Shown here: piece after piece, positions 34,900 to 47,730 of the stretch
How the letters are laid out: every line of letters starts with the position of its first letter
Numbering within the stretch: the first letter of the stretch is position 1
DNA from: Sphyrna mokarran
Lineage: Eukaryota
Assembly (NCBI GenBank): GCA_024679065.1
Contig: JAGIQG010000013.1
Coordinates: forward strand, 52,142,001-52,206,000
Reading direction: 5' to 3'
Length of the DNA stretch: 64,000 nt
Program-made: the position numbers and the translations under genes
The notes under the pieces: generated by a model
Databases searched by the model: none
Seen by the model: only the letters and a program-made list of their open reading frames with translations
What the model was told of the DNA's origin: nothing

Positions 34900-37310
34900 A
34901 ATTACCAGCATGCTAAGTTGGATAAATTAAGAACTGATCTAACAGTTAAAAATTGGGCAACTTCGAGGTATTGTGGACCATTAGCAGCAGAATGATGTTC
35001 CACCACAATCATAGCTTAGCATATTCCTCAATCCTCTATATCAAGTTGATGATCAAACCTGGTTCAGTCAAGAGCATAGAATAGCATGCCATTTACAGAA
35101 CAAAGCATAGCTCAAAAATCAGATTCTAACCTGGTAAAGCTAACAGCAGAAACATTACGGAAAAGGTTAAAAAAATCTCACAGCCACTGGAACCTTTGTC
35201 TGAAGAGCCTGGTGGTTTTATCAATGAGAGTTCTGTATCTGGAATGACACACTGAATGCATGTTGAGAGTCTGGTTCCCATAAAGCAAGCTTAACATCGG
35301 ACAGACTGAATGAAAGAGAGCGGCTACTGAGGATTGGCATGGAGTGAAGGCATCATAAATAATGTCAGGATATGGGCGTAGACTTGTATAACTCATAGTC
35401 ATGCCTAAAAGGAGTCGCACTTTTAGGGAATGGAATCTCTTCCCAATGTAGTTGAGAGCCTGGTCTTCTCTGGGAGCAGGCAGGGTGAATGTATGTGCAG
35501 AGTTGTGTTTATTCTAATGCTGGGTTGAAAACTATCTCCAGCTATGAACTTCATTACAGATGTTCTCTTTACCACTAGTTTTGACATGGAGATTTCCCTA
35601 ATGACTGCAGCATTCAGTCCCATTCCGAACTCCTCAGATACTAAAACAGTGCCTGCAAACAGAAAGACCTGAACAATATTCAGATTTGGCCTAATATGTA
35701 CCAGGTTACATTTATACCACACAAGTGCCAAGCAATGACAATCTCCACCAAGAGATAAATTACTACTTCCTCAAAATTACCAATTCATTGCTATTACCAA
35801 ATCCTCCACCATCCAAATTGAGGGGTTATCAATAACCAGAAGTTCAACTGGACCAGCCATCTAAATACTGTGGCTACAAAAGCAGGTTATAGGCTAGAAA
35901 TTCTGTGGCAAGTAACTCACCTCCCAGCTCCCCAAAGCCTGTCAATCATCTATAAGGCAAAAATCATGAGTGTGATGGAAAATTGTCAATTGACTTCGAA
36001 ACAAAATAGAGTTAGGAGGTTAGATAAGTTAGTTTGATTTTGTGGTCAGGATAGTAAAATGTAATTATTATTTTGGGACATTTAAAAGACCAAAAATACA
36101 ATAGATATATCTTGTGGATTGAACAGTGCTATTGTTCAAATAACTACAACAAGTAACGCACAATAATCTCATAGACTTAGCGACTGCAGAGTGAAATTCC
36201 ACAGAATGGGTTTAAGGAAACACCATTGTATCACTAAGGGATGCAATGACTGAGAGTCAAACCCCATTATGTGTCAATGTTCACGCCACTAGGGGGATTT
36301 TGTATGGGCAATGGGAAAACTGATACTGTAGTCAGCTGATAGAAACCTGTGGTAAGAAACACTTAAAACATTTTAGGAGAGCAGCCTCATCACCAATAGT
36401 CTGGGAAACAGAGACCAGACAGAGAAGAGATCCCACTCTTCAAAGGTAGAACATTGCCAAGACAGAGAAGTGGGCCCATTTCTCTGTCATTTACCTACCA
36501 ATTTAAACAACCAAGCCGGATCTTCACTATAGAGTTTCAACTGCACCTCAAATGGAACAAAGCCAGAAACCAGATGTTGCAAGAAGTAAGCCGCTCCAAA
36601 TTTGTCATCATAAACTTTTAACTTCCATTTCCTCAGTGAAGTAAAGGAGAATCACTGGGCCTACAAGTTTCGAGTTTCCATCTCAAAAGATAATTGTGAT
36701 TTTTTGGACTCTTTAAAAGTGGAAGTGTATGAAGTGTATTTTGTAATCAGCTTTTCTTGTGTATATTTGTGGGTGGGTGATGCTATGAATACATTTTGCT
36801 GTCTAGAAATAAAATTTACTTTTCCTTTTCCAGCTCACATGAAAATCTGCCTTGTGTCTATTACTGAGAGTCACAGCACTCAAAAGATTTAAACGTTTCT
36901 TTAAAGCACGTTTTCCTGTAGCCAGTCAAGAAGTCGAAGAACACCATCCTAACATCTATCTGTAACTCTCTCCACTTGCCTGGGTGACTGCAGTTCTGAT
37001 TAACCTATGCAGGACAAAGCAGCCCATTTACCACTTTTCAACACTTGCTCCTTCCATTACTGACACACAGTAGCAACAGTGTGTATTGTTTATAATATGC
37101 ACTGTAGCAACTTGCCTAGACTCCTTCAACAGTACCTTCCAAACCAATGGTCTCTACTTCCAGAAAAACAAGGGCAGCAAGAACATTGGAATATCAAAAT
37201 CCCACAGCTTCCTGACAGCACAAGGATTGCAATAGTTCAAGAAGGTGGTTCATTGCTAACTTCACAAGGGTAATTCAAGATGGAAAATAAATGTTGGCCA
37301 TCGATGACTA
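34900..37310 (+). mobile_element. Old CR1-group LINE interrupted by a probable solo LTR
   Basis: Colinear with the copy at 47730-49075 (for example AAATACTGTGGCTACAA..GCAG and GTGTGATGGAA|..CTCTCCACTTGCC), and has the same tail. Confidence 0.7.
35984..36965 (+). mobile_element. Probable solo LTR (~1 kb)
   Basis: Insert splits the LINE between ATGGAA and CTCTCCACTTGCC. It starts with TGTCA, ends near TAACA/TGTAAC and has AATAAA near 36808. No clear target-site duplication. Confidence 0.5.
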
Positions 37311-37869
37311 TTCTTTTTAAAATCCTGATTGAGCAAGTGGCAGATATTAGTCAGTCTCTCCCTGGAGAATGAAGCCATCTAAGTACACTGGAGATAGGAA
37401 ATCCAGGTTCCTATAGAGCCTCAGAGTGTAAAGCCTCCTCGACCCTTCCCTCTATTATCCTCTTTTAACTATTGTTGTTGTTTGGGGCCTCATTTCACAG
37501 CCCCAAAAATAGCACAACACCATTAGTTCATCAAGCCTAAACCCAAACTTATTTTAAGGGGAGATGAGCATCCTGACTGCTAAGACAATGACTTAATTGT
37601 TGAGGTTAAATCCAGGGGACCACAGACATCCCCACACAAATTTAGCAAGCATGTCCTATTTCAGGTGCATGATGGTCATATTAATATTTAAATTAATGAT
37701 GTGCTCATTACGGCCATCCACCAGGGCTGGCTAAAAATCTCCCAGAAATAGTTTAACCAGCCCCAGCACACATGCAAACAGAAGATGGGGCTGTCGCCCT
37801 GTTAAATTTGGATGAGAACATTTGTAACCATGCGGAATTTAGATCCCAGGGAATCAGGTCATTTTCAAA

Positions 37870-38295
37870 AAACTTTGCATTTATATAGTGCCAAGTGTCC
37901 CAAAGAACTTTACAGCCAATGATGTAATTTCAAACTGTAAGCTGTGTCAGAAACATAGTGCCAATTTGCATGCAGCAAACTCCCACAAACACTACTGTGA
38001 TAATGACCAGATCATCTGTTTTCTGTATTGCTGATTGAAGAATTAAATTGGTCAGGACTTCAGGGATAACTCGTTGTTTTTCAAAAAATAGCAATAGGAT
38101 CATACACGTTCACCTGAGAGGTAAATAGGTCCTTGGTTTAGGATGTCATCAGAGATATGGCAACTCCAACAGTGCAGCATTCCCTCAATACTGCAATAGA
38201 GTGTCAGTGTTGATTTTTGTGCTCAAAACCTGGATTGGAATTTGAACCCACAACCTTAATACTCAGTGGCAAGAGTGCTACCAACTAAGCCACCA
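37870..38295 (-). mobile_element. Deu-domain SINE
   Basis: Colinear with 11640-12088. L2-like tail TTGCATTTATATAGTGCC. Confidence 0.8.
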
Positions 38296-39809
38296 CACAA
38301 CTGCTGCCAGATGGCAAATTTTAGAATAAATAGGAATGAATATTGATTGACTCAACATTTTGGCCAGTTACATTTTTGAGGCACACAAACATTAACTGTT
38401 GCAATTTACAATGTGACAGGAACCTTCCAAATATTACAGAACATTAGTTGCTTTATAACTTACTCCTTAGTCATTCCAACACTGTATATCACACCATTGC
38501 AACAAAATGCACTGCTTTTTAAGAATTGAAATGCCTACAATCAGACCACTTCAATCACCAGAGAATCCTTGCTGTAAACATCAGCTCTGATCGAGATTTC
38601 TTTTGGTAACCTATACGACGACTTCAATCATTTGAAAATACTGTCCTTCCCTGCTGACTGCCAGCTGCTGAAGCAACACAAAGCTTTTTCATACGGATCA
38701 ATATGGAATGTGATTTGATCTTCTTCCCTTTCTTTCTTAGCAAAGCAACCCCAAACAGACTACTCTCCTATCCAAAGATAATTACTGGATTAAATTACAA
38801 ATAGATTACTATTGGCGTAATTAATAAAAAGCAGAAAGAATCTGGATGTTTATTAACCTACAAAACACCATAAACCTGACATGCATTACCTTTGATGTAC
38901 TAAATAGGGTACAAAGCTGAAATTTGAACAAATTATCTTCAACAAATATGTTGGAAGAATTGTCACAACAAAGGATCAAAAATCTTGCAATTGTTTATAA
39001 ATTATATTTTTATATTCTTCAAAAATATTGAGCATGCTAATTGTTTAATGGTTATTTTATTGCAAAGTTTTCACTATCTACCAAGTCTTTGCAGCAAGAA
39101 GCTAGAGGAATCCTCTGAGAATATTGATGCCAGGCCTTTATAATTTAAACAGATTTCTCCAACTACCTAATGGAATGCAGACTGTTTATTCCAGTGGATT
39201 TTATGAAGAATCTGTTGCAGAAGGAGTCAACTCTGACGAACTGCTGAAACTGAACAGCCCTGTGAATTAACCTTGGTGGAATTTAGTTCCAATGTTAACT
39301 AACATTGTTAGTAAATGATGTTAACTGGTGGATTGGTGGACTGAATGCTACAATGAATGATGTTTCAGCACCAGGACCTGCACTTAAATCCAACAATGGT
39401 GAGATAGGAGGTTTTCTCTCTTTGCAAGCAAATTAAGTCTGAGGTCTTGTGAAAGGAGCTCCCAGTGAATGTGAATATGCAGCATAGAACTCCCTGGAAT
39501 TAGGGGGCTCATTTAGAGATGAATGACCAATATCCAGAATGGAAAATTCATATTGATGCTTTATTGGGGCAAAGTTGGATCAAAACAATGGGAGCTTTAT
39601 CCTATGTATAGGTACATCAGGTTTCTTTGATGCTGATCTGTAGATCTTTTATTTCTAATTCCAGAACTTAGATTACAGAATTTGCACATACTCTGCATGT
39701 CTATCCCATCAAACTGTATGCATAAACCTATTTTTATTTTAACATGAGTTCCCAATAGAGAATGTGCTACTGGAAATTTTCATTAGCAGCTTGAAGAGTG
39801 AACACTGTC

Positions 39810-40345
39810 CGACATAAAGGGTAGAGTAGTGTGAAAATGGAAATTAAGCAATGGATTAGCTCTGGTTGGAGTAATTTGAAGAAATGTTATGGAGTGTTGT
39901 GGAAAAAGAAAAATATTTGTGAAACTGAAAGGAAGAATCTATAAGACTGCTATGAGACCAGCCAAGTTACGTGATGCAGAAACTTGGGCAGCACTAAAAA
40001 AAGGAATAACAACTTTATACTAATGAAATGTGGATGCCGAGATGATATGAGGAAGGACAAGGTCAAGAATCAGTATATCCAAAGGTGTGTAAAGATTATG
40101 GAAGCATCAAAGAAAGTAACCAAGAAGATATAGAGAGAGAGAACACATGGTGTGACAAGTGATGGAAATGAGACTAGCAGGAAGAAGGAGAAGAGGAAGA
40201 CCTAAGACCAATTGTAAGGGTGACATGGCAAGAGACTTAAATGTAGTGGGACTGGAAGAGTAATGGGTGACTGATAGCAAGGTGATCACTAACACCAAGG
40301 CAACCCTAAGAAAAATGGGAGATGCTAAACAAAGATGAAAGATGA
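39810..40345 (+). mobile_element. RTE clade LINE 3' end (Rex3/Expander-like)
   Basis: Translates to GVLWKKKIFVKLKGRIYKTAMRPAKLRDAETWAALKK ... GRRRRGRPK. Confidence 0.7.
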
Positions 40346-41244
40346 AGACATAAAGGGCTGCAGCAGCAATTTAAAGAGAAGTAGTCAAACGGGAATGGTA
40401 AAGTTCTTGACTGGCAAAAGTCACAGAATGTACAAGTCACAACATTTAGAATGAACAGGCTAGTACTAATATGTTTTGCCCACTATAAACAATGTCTTAA
40501 GTACAGAAGAAAATAGTGCACTTTAAGGAGGGTGCTTCGTGACACTACTCAACAGCAGCACATGCTAAGTCAAAGGTCCCAACTGACTATGTTGTTAACC
40601 TGCTACACAGCTACTACTGGTCCACAGAAAACTTTCAGACTTCTAGCTGCTTCATTGTTTACCATTCAAAGGCATTATGTCGCAACTTGAAAATTAAAAC
40701 ACACGCGTGGTGACATGAAAGGACTTTACAGGTCAAACTATTATAACATAATCAAACTGCATAACGCACAAACTGATTTCTTTTTCACTCCCACTGGCAT
40801 TGGGGTACATTTAATACTGGATTGAGATCACAGAATGCAGCAGCATCAAGGAAATGGGCACGCTGTTTATAGCAGTGAAGGAACCTATGCTCAGCCTGTC
40901 TGGATAAAAAATAAATTCTTCTCTTCCCAGCCCCACAAACATTTACTGCTCTAAGTGCTGAGCTGTACTGGGAGATGATTTAATTGATATTACTTGAACC
41001 TATGCTTGTCAATTATATGTCAGCTTAGAGAATTGATGTATACAGACTATTCCACTTTGACAGTATCACAGAAGAGACAGGTTTTGTCCATGTTCCATGT
41101 TCATACACATGCATTTTTAACAAGTGGATAAGATCAAGTCCAGATTTAGAACCTTGGCAGATATTTTCCTCCTTTCTGGGACATGGAGGCCATTCAACAG
41201 TTTCAGTACTAGCTCTGATGAAGGTCATCCAGACTCGAAACATT

Positions 41245-43512
41245 GGGGGCGATTTTCCCAAAAGCTCTGAATTGGAGGGAAAACTGGATTTAATATATCA
41301 TTAATGACTTTGAAATTCTCCAATATATGGGCAAATGCAATATTTTAAGTAGAGTAAAATTTATAATCATGAATGACAATTCTTTTTTTGCTTAGGACCT
41401 GCTCAGGTGCTATGTCATAGAGGTAATGCTTTTGGAAGCTGCATTCTTCTGAGGAAAAAAAACACCTTTTAGATTTTAAAATGTCAATAAATGAGCTTCA
41501 GAATAAAATTGTTACTTACAAGTGGACATTTACACCCACAAATGTCCACCTTCTTCCCTGACCATCATTTTCCATGTATTTTTGGTGAAATGGTGGTGCA
41601 TACAATTCTGAATAAACATTGTAAATCTGTTCAATTCAGTTCCCCCAGTAGTTCTGCAAGTTTACTCTTTGAGGAGTTAAGCCATACAATTCTAAACTGT
41701 GCCCAATTAACTAATGCTAGGTCAGGCCAATGTTTATAATTGATCTCTGCAGCCTGATTTAGGAGGGGGCTGCCATTCTTGATCAATCTCGGAGATTTTT
41801 CTGCAAGACTGCGTGCCTGATAAAGACATGATTAAGCTTGACCATGATATTTTGCCAATCCCCTCTCCAGGTTTTCCTGATACCAACTTGTATGGTGCAT
41901 GTATTAGCTACATGAAATCAACCTTTTTTTGGCTCGGGCATATCTGGCTGTAAAGTCATATCCTAACAGTCAAAGCCTTCAGAGCAGAGGATAGGAGTGG
42001 AATATTAGTGATTAAGTCCCTCAATTTTTTTCCTATATTGAAAATAGTGACATTGATGAAATATTCTACATACATTTAATAATGTGTAAAAAAAAGGCAA
42101 ACCATATCCTGTGTTAATGTAACTTAGGAGTGGTGTTGAGTCCTGTAAACCAGGAGGGTTCAGTGTGTTTCGCTGCAAAATTAGTTGATGTCAACTAGGT
42201 TTAATATTGAGGCAAAAGTAAAATACTGCGGGAATCTGAAACAAAAGCAGAAAAAGCTGAAAAATCTCAGCAAGCCTGACAGCATCTGTGGAGCGAGAAT
42301 AAAGCCAATGGTCGCGATTCTTCCATTGTGACCTGCAACTTTTCTGGTGGTCGAGGTGGGGGATGCACATCGTTGGCCTTGTTCCAGGATTTGCGCATGC
42401 ACCAGAAACACATACGCATCTCCCAGAGCCAGCGAACAGTTACCAGTCAGATCACACTGGAAACCTATGGGAATGCAGGTTTGAATCTTAAATGAACTGC
42501 TTTGTTTTAAATGTATTTTAAATCTAATTATCAGGAACTTTCCAATCCCGATTGTATCTCCCACCCCACCAGAGGCACTTCATTCTGGCAGGGTTCAGAC
42601 TAGCTCCCCACATTCAGGGAACTAACAGGAGACCATGCTGGAATGAAGGGAGATGTGCATGCATTTCTGGTGTGTGCGCAAATCCCGGAACAAGGGAGGC
42701 AACACACATCTCCCACCTCAACCACCAGAAAAGTTGCAGGTCGCGATGGAAGAATCGCAATCAGGGTCCCCTTAGGGCGTCTTACAGCAGGGGTTGCCCC
42801 CTGAGAATGGGTACACAGATGGTAAATACAGTAAGGTGGCTCACAGGTTGAAGTCCAATCAGTTAAGTCCAACAGTCCTGGTGGTACCAGCCTGTGCCCC
42901 CAGCAGTGCCCAATGGGCAAAGTTCCCATGCCCAGGGGGCACCTTGGTACTGCCCATTGGGCATCAGGCAATGCCAAGAGGGTAGGGCCTATTGTGGGTG
43001 GGTCCAAGGGGGATGTGGGTCCCACTCCCGCTCTGCAAAACAAGATTGGTCTGGGACGGAGGGTGGGCAGTGATTGTGATGGGCTGGGATGGTGGTCTCC
43101 CAGGTAGTCCTGCCTCTGTGAGGGGGTTCTGATCCTGGGGCAGGGTCTGCCGGGTGAGAGAGGTAGGGGATTGCAATTGCTGTGGGGGGTGGGTGGGGGG
43201 AAAGCTTTGCATCAGGGCACTCAAGGGCTGGCCTGGGAATTATTGTGGGGGCGCAATTGGGCCGTAGGGGGCAGGGGAGGGAATGGGAGGCGGGAGCGAC
43301 AACACAGCAGTGGTCCCAGGTTGGCGAGTTCAATCACTGGCCAGCCAACGGGGAGTCTGACAGATCGGGACCACTGCGCATGCACAGAGTTCCAGAATTG
43401 TCAAACTCCAGTGCAAATTAGCCCCAATCCTCCTAGGTTTTTAATAATATTCATGACTATGATTTCTGGAGATTTGGGTGAGAAGCTGAACTGACAAAAC
43501 AGTCAGAATCTA
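41245..43512. mobile_element. GC-rich MITE complex disrupted by an inversion (pieces at 41245-41290, 42310-42762 and 42763-43512)
   Basis: GGGGGCGATTTTCCC terminus at 41245. Complete MITE with ~115-bp terminal inverted repeats at 42310-42762. GC-rich MITE interior at 42763-43512. Confidence 0.75.
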
Positions 43513-43959
43513 ATATGAATTGGAGAGATATTGGAAATATATGTTAAGTTGCTGTGTGAATGCAAAACTTCCTTCATATTGTATTTTATCATATTTCACT
43601 GCTGCTTTTATGACTGTATACGTGTTTAGAATCACTTTTAAAGCTGTGTACATCTGTACCAATGGAACTCATTATCCCTTCATTCTGTAGAAGATGTTAC
43701 CTTCAATTTCTATTTTCCATGTTTATCTTAAATGAACTGCATTTGACATATATTAGCCATTTCCCTAATTTGCACCTGTCCTCTCATCTTAAAACTGATT
43801 ATTTTGTTTCATGGCTCATCTTTTCTGAGATGGAAACATCAAAGGAATGTGGCTTTCTTCTCAGGATATTCTAACCAGTTCTTAGCATGTGCTAGCAGCT
43901 GTTTCGTTATTTCGACAACTACAATTACTGTACGTATAATTTGCATTTTTGGTTCAATT

Positions 43960-44483
43960 CTCCCTGAATTTTACGTGGAGGTGCCATGTCCAGCAGGGGT
44001 GAGCCCACTTCCTCTTGATTGGCTGAGCTGATTTTATGGCTGTCAGACTGTTAACTCGCTCAAGGTGAACTTCCAATCAGATTGCGAGCAGCTGTTTAGT
44101 CCCGGCATTGCCACCAGAAGTAATGGCCACTGCTGCGACCCTAGGCAGTTCCCAGTGACCAGTGTCTATGGAACCGGATGAGAAGGTAAGTTGGGGTCTT
44201 CTGAGTGAGGCCAGTCTGAGTGGGGTGGAGGACCAGGTTTGGAATGCAAAGAGGCTGGAGGCTGAGGTTTCCACTGGCCACAGGGTGCCTAAAGAGGTGG
44301 GACTCAGCCTCTATTAGTCTACAAAAATTGACCAGTTTAGGGCCTCAACTGGCCTAATGGGGAGCTGACTGACATCTCTCAAGAGCTGGGAAAATAGCAG
44401 TGGAGGAAGGTCAGCGACGGGCATGGCACCACCACCATGGCACCCAATATTACGCCCTTTGGGGAGGCCTTAAAATCCCATCT
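43960..44483. mobile_element. MITE
   Basis: CCCTGAATTTTAC... and ...TTAAAATCCCATC termini with a GC-rich interior. Confidence 0.55.
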
Positions 44484-44665
44484 GATGATTTTCACACTAA
44501 GGGGGTAATTTTAATTTTAGGAAATGGTCAGTATCAGTTTAACTTCCCATTGCATAAACTCGATTACTTTATTGGAAATGATAGCCAGAAAAGAAGAATA
44601 ATGATAAATGAATGAGTCAAAAATCATCAATGTTTTTTTCAAGAAAAGTCCGGCATATTCAATAT

Positions 44666-44985
44666 TTATAGAATCTCTACAATGCAGAAGTGGACTATTC
44701 AAACCATCAAGCCTGCAGCGACAACAGTCCCACCCGGCCTCTGTTCTCATAACCTCATATATTTAGCCTGCTAATTCCCTTGATACTCAGGGCAATTTAG
44801 CTTGGCCAATCCACCTAACCCACACAACTTTGGAGTGTGGGAGGAAACTGGAACACACAGGGGAAGCCTGTACAGACATGGGGAGAACATGCAAACTCCA
44901 CAGATTGTCACCTGAGACTAGAGTTGAACCTGGGTTCCTAGTGCTGTGAGGCAGCATCGCTAACCACTGTGCCACCCTGCTGCCC
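44666..44985 (-). mobile_element. HE1-type SINE
   Basis: Reverse complement of the same head, core and tail as 29318-29657. Confidence 0.9.
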
Positions 44986-45671
44986 ATTTCATTTTCTCTC
45001 TGTTCCTTTCACTCTGGGTTTAATGTAAAATGGTTGCCATCACTTCCAGTTAGAAATGAGAAAAAATATTCAGTGCGATGGATGGACTTTCGTATACATT
45101 TTAAATAAATGTATTTCCCTTCGCGCACACAAATAAATGGAATTGAATATTTTAATACGAGTATACGCACCAGAGCACTTTTTTGGTATTTCTGCAAATA
45201 TCTTTTTAGCAAAAAATTTGTGCAATGCCACAGCATCAGTTTGAGCCAAAATGTGTTGCAGAATTTCTTGCAGCCTAGAAGAACTTTCTGATTAGATAGC
45301 AAGCTTGGTGTATTTAATTTATAGCATCTTCCAAGAAGTGACAATACAAGGAAATACTGAGCATGACGTTGACTCTGAATCTTAGTACTAACCTGGCTTT
45401 ACTAAAATAATGACTCCTAGTAATAGGTATATTAAATAAAAACGGAAATGCTTGATACACTCAGTAGATCAGGCAGCACCTGTAGTCAAAGGAAAAAGGC
45501 ATGCAAAATGTTACAATCTTCCTTTCAGGTCAACAACTCTTCATAAGAAGTAAAAGATATAACGGATGGAACAAAGATAAGGAGGAACAGAGCTTGGAAG
45601 AAAGCAACAGAAATAAAATGACTATATACATACCTAATCTGCTGATTGTATTCCTGATGCCCACCTAATTT

Positions 45672-46712
45672 TTTGATTTGATCTGATTTATTGTCACATG
45701 TATTAATATACACTGAAAAGTACTGTTATTCGCATGCTTTACATACCGTACATAGAGAAGAAAAGGAGAATGCAGAATGTAGTGTTACAGTCATAGTTAG
45801 GGTGTAGAGAAAGATCAACTTAATATGAGGTAGGTCCATTCAGAAGTCTGATGGCAGCAGGGAAGAAGCTACTCTTGAGTCAGTTGGTGTGTGCCCTCAG
45901 GTTTTTGTGTCCTTTTCCTGATGGAAGAAAGTGGAAGAGAATGTGCCTGGGGTACCTGGGATTCTTGAATATGCTGGCTACTTTTCTGAGGCAATAAGAA
46001 ATATAGACTGTGACAATGGATGGTTTGCATGATGGACTAGGCTTTGCTCATGACCCTCTGTAATTTTTTTGCAGATTTGGACAATGCAGGAACCACACCA
46101 AGCTGTGGTACAACCAGAAAGAATGCTTTTTATTATGCATCTGTAAAAGTAGGTGAGAATCATAGCGGACATGCCAAATTTTCTTCGCTTCCTGAGAAAG
46201 TAGAGGTGTTAGTGGGTTTTCTTAACTATAGCATAAGCATAGAGGGACCAGGACAGATTGTTGGTAATCTGGGCACTTAGAAACTTAAAGCTCTTGACCA
46301 CTGTGTCCTCATTGATGTAGACAGGGCATGTCCTCCACTACGTTTTCTGAAATCGATGACTATCTCCTTCATTATGTTGATGCTGAGGGACAGATTACTG
46401 TCATCGCACCAGTTCAGCAAATTCTCTATTTCTTTCTTATCCTCTGTCTCATCATTATTTGATGTCTGATCCATTATGATAGTGTCATCAGAAAACTTGA
46501 AAATCGAGTTGGAGGGGAATTTGGCCACACAGTCACAGGTATAGTAAGGAGTATAGTAAAGGGCTGAGGACCGAGTCTTTTGGGGCACGAGTTGAGAATG
46601 ATCGTGGAGCAGATGTTGTTGTCTATTCTTGCTGACTGTGGTCTCTATGTTAGGAAGTTTAGGATCCAGTCACACAGAGAGGAGCCAAATCCCAGGCCAC
46701 CAAGTTTGGAGA
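45672..46712 (-). mobile_element. Rex1/Babar LINE, degenerate RT 3' part
   Basis: DCVAKFPSNSIFKFSDDT...WCDDSNLSLSINIMKEIVIDFRK and FYRCIIKSILSGCTTAWCG, with a (TCAAA)n tail. Lies between two Penelope-like arms (45440-45550 and 46940-47070). Confidence 0.88.
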
Positions 46713-47332
46713 AGATACCTTGTACTGCACTGTTGTGAGATTGTTTTTAATAATTGACTTCTGTTCCATTATTCTGCTACAACCATTCATCCATCATCTG
46801 TGTCTCATGTACAGCCTTCATTGCATTCTCCATCTTATCACTTGACTAATTTTTTTTAACTTTCTTGAGCCTTTAGTCATCACATTCCCCCTTTCTCTGG
46901 CAGTCTTCCTCTTCATAGGCTGTTCATTTCTAACTTCTTCTGGTTCTGTTGAAGGATCGTAGATTGGAAATGTGCTGTCTCTTTTCACCACAGGTGCTGC
47001 ATGAGCTGCTGAGTATTTCCAGCAGGATATGTTATTTTTATTTCAGATTTCCACAACCTGCCATTTTTTTTTGACACACTAGAAAATACGTGATGTGTCT
47101 CAGGAGACCTGATATGGAGACAGTCATTGTCATTTCTCTAGCAAATGCAGGAACTTAGCAGAGTCAGGGGTAACTACTGGTAAACTTCTCGTCAAGGTGG
47201 ATAAAGATCACATGGAAAATGCAAAACTTTACATTATAGGCTCTAAATTTTATAATCAATATGTCCAGCTCAGATAAGACACAGGTTACATAGATATACA
47301 CAGAATCAAAGGAACCCCCAATAGAGTCGGAA

Positions 47333-47730
47333 AATAGAAGGCGGCTAAGAGGAGACCTTATTGAAACATATAAAATGATTAGAGGTTTAGATAGGGTGGA
47401 CAGTGATAGCCTTTTCCCTCGGTTGGAGAAAGCTAGCACGAGGGGACATAGCTTTAAATTCAGGAGTGGTAGTTATAGGACGGATGTCAGAGGTAGGTTT
47501 TTCACCCAGAGGATAGTAAGGGTATGGAATGCCCTGCCTGCTGCAGTTGTAGATGCGCCAAGTTTGGGGGCGTTTAAGAGGTCCGTGGATAGGTTTATGG
47601 ATAATAAGGGAATGGTTTAGGTTAGAGGGTCATTGCTTTTTCTTAATTGGTCGGCGCAACATCGAGGGCTGAAGGGCCTGTTCTGCGCTGTAACGTTCTA
47701 TGTTCTATGTTCTAATGTTCTATGTTCTAT
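47333..47730 (+). mobile_element. Young 5'-truncated CR1 LINE
   Basis: Open ORF2 C-terminus to the stop at 47620 and a (TATGTTC)n tail. Related to 57272-58388. Confidence 0.93.

Noticed and set aside
39364-39385. RE1/NRSE-like TTCAGCACCAGGAC
   Set aside because: The spacer is too short, the right half-site is poor, and it lies in what looks like a SINE head.
42181-43494. Cluster of overlapping 100-150 aa ORFs
   Set aside because: An artefact of GC-rich MITE sequence with few stop codons. No protein motifs.
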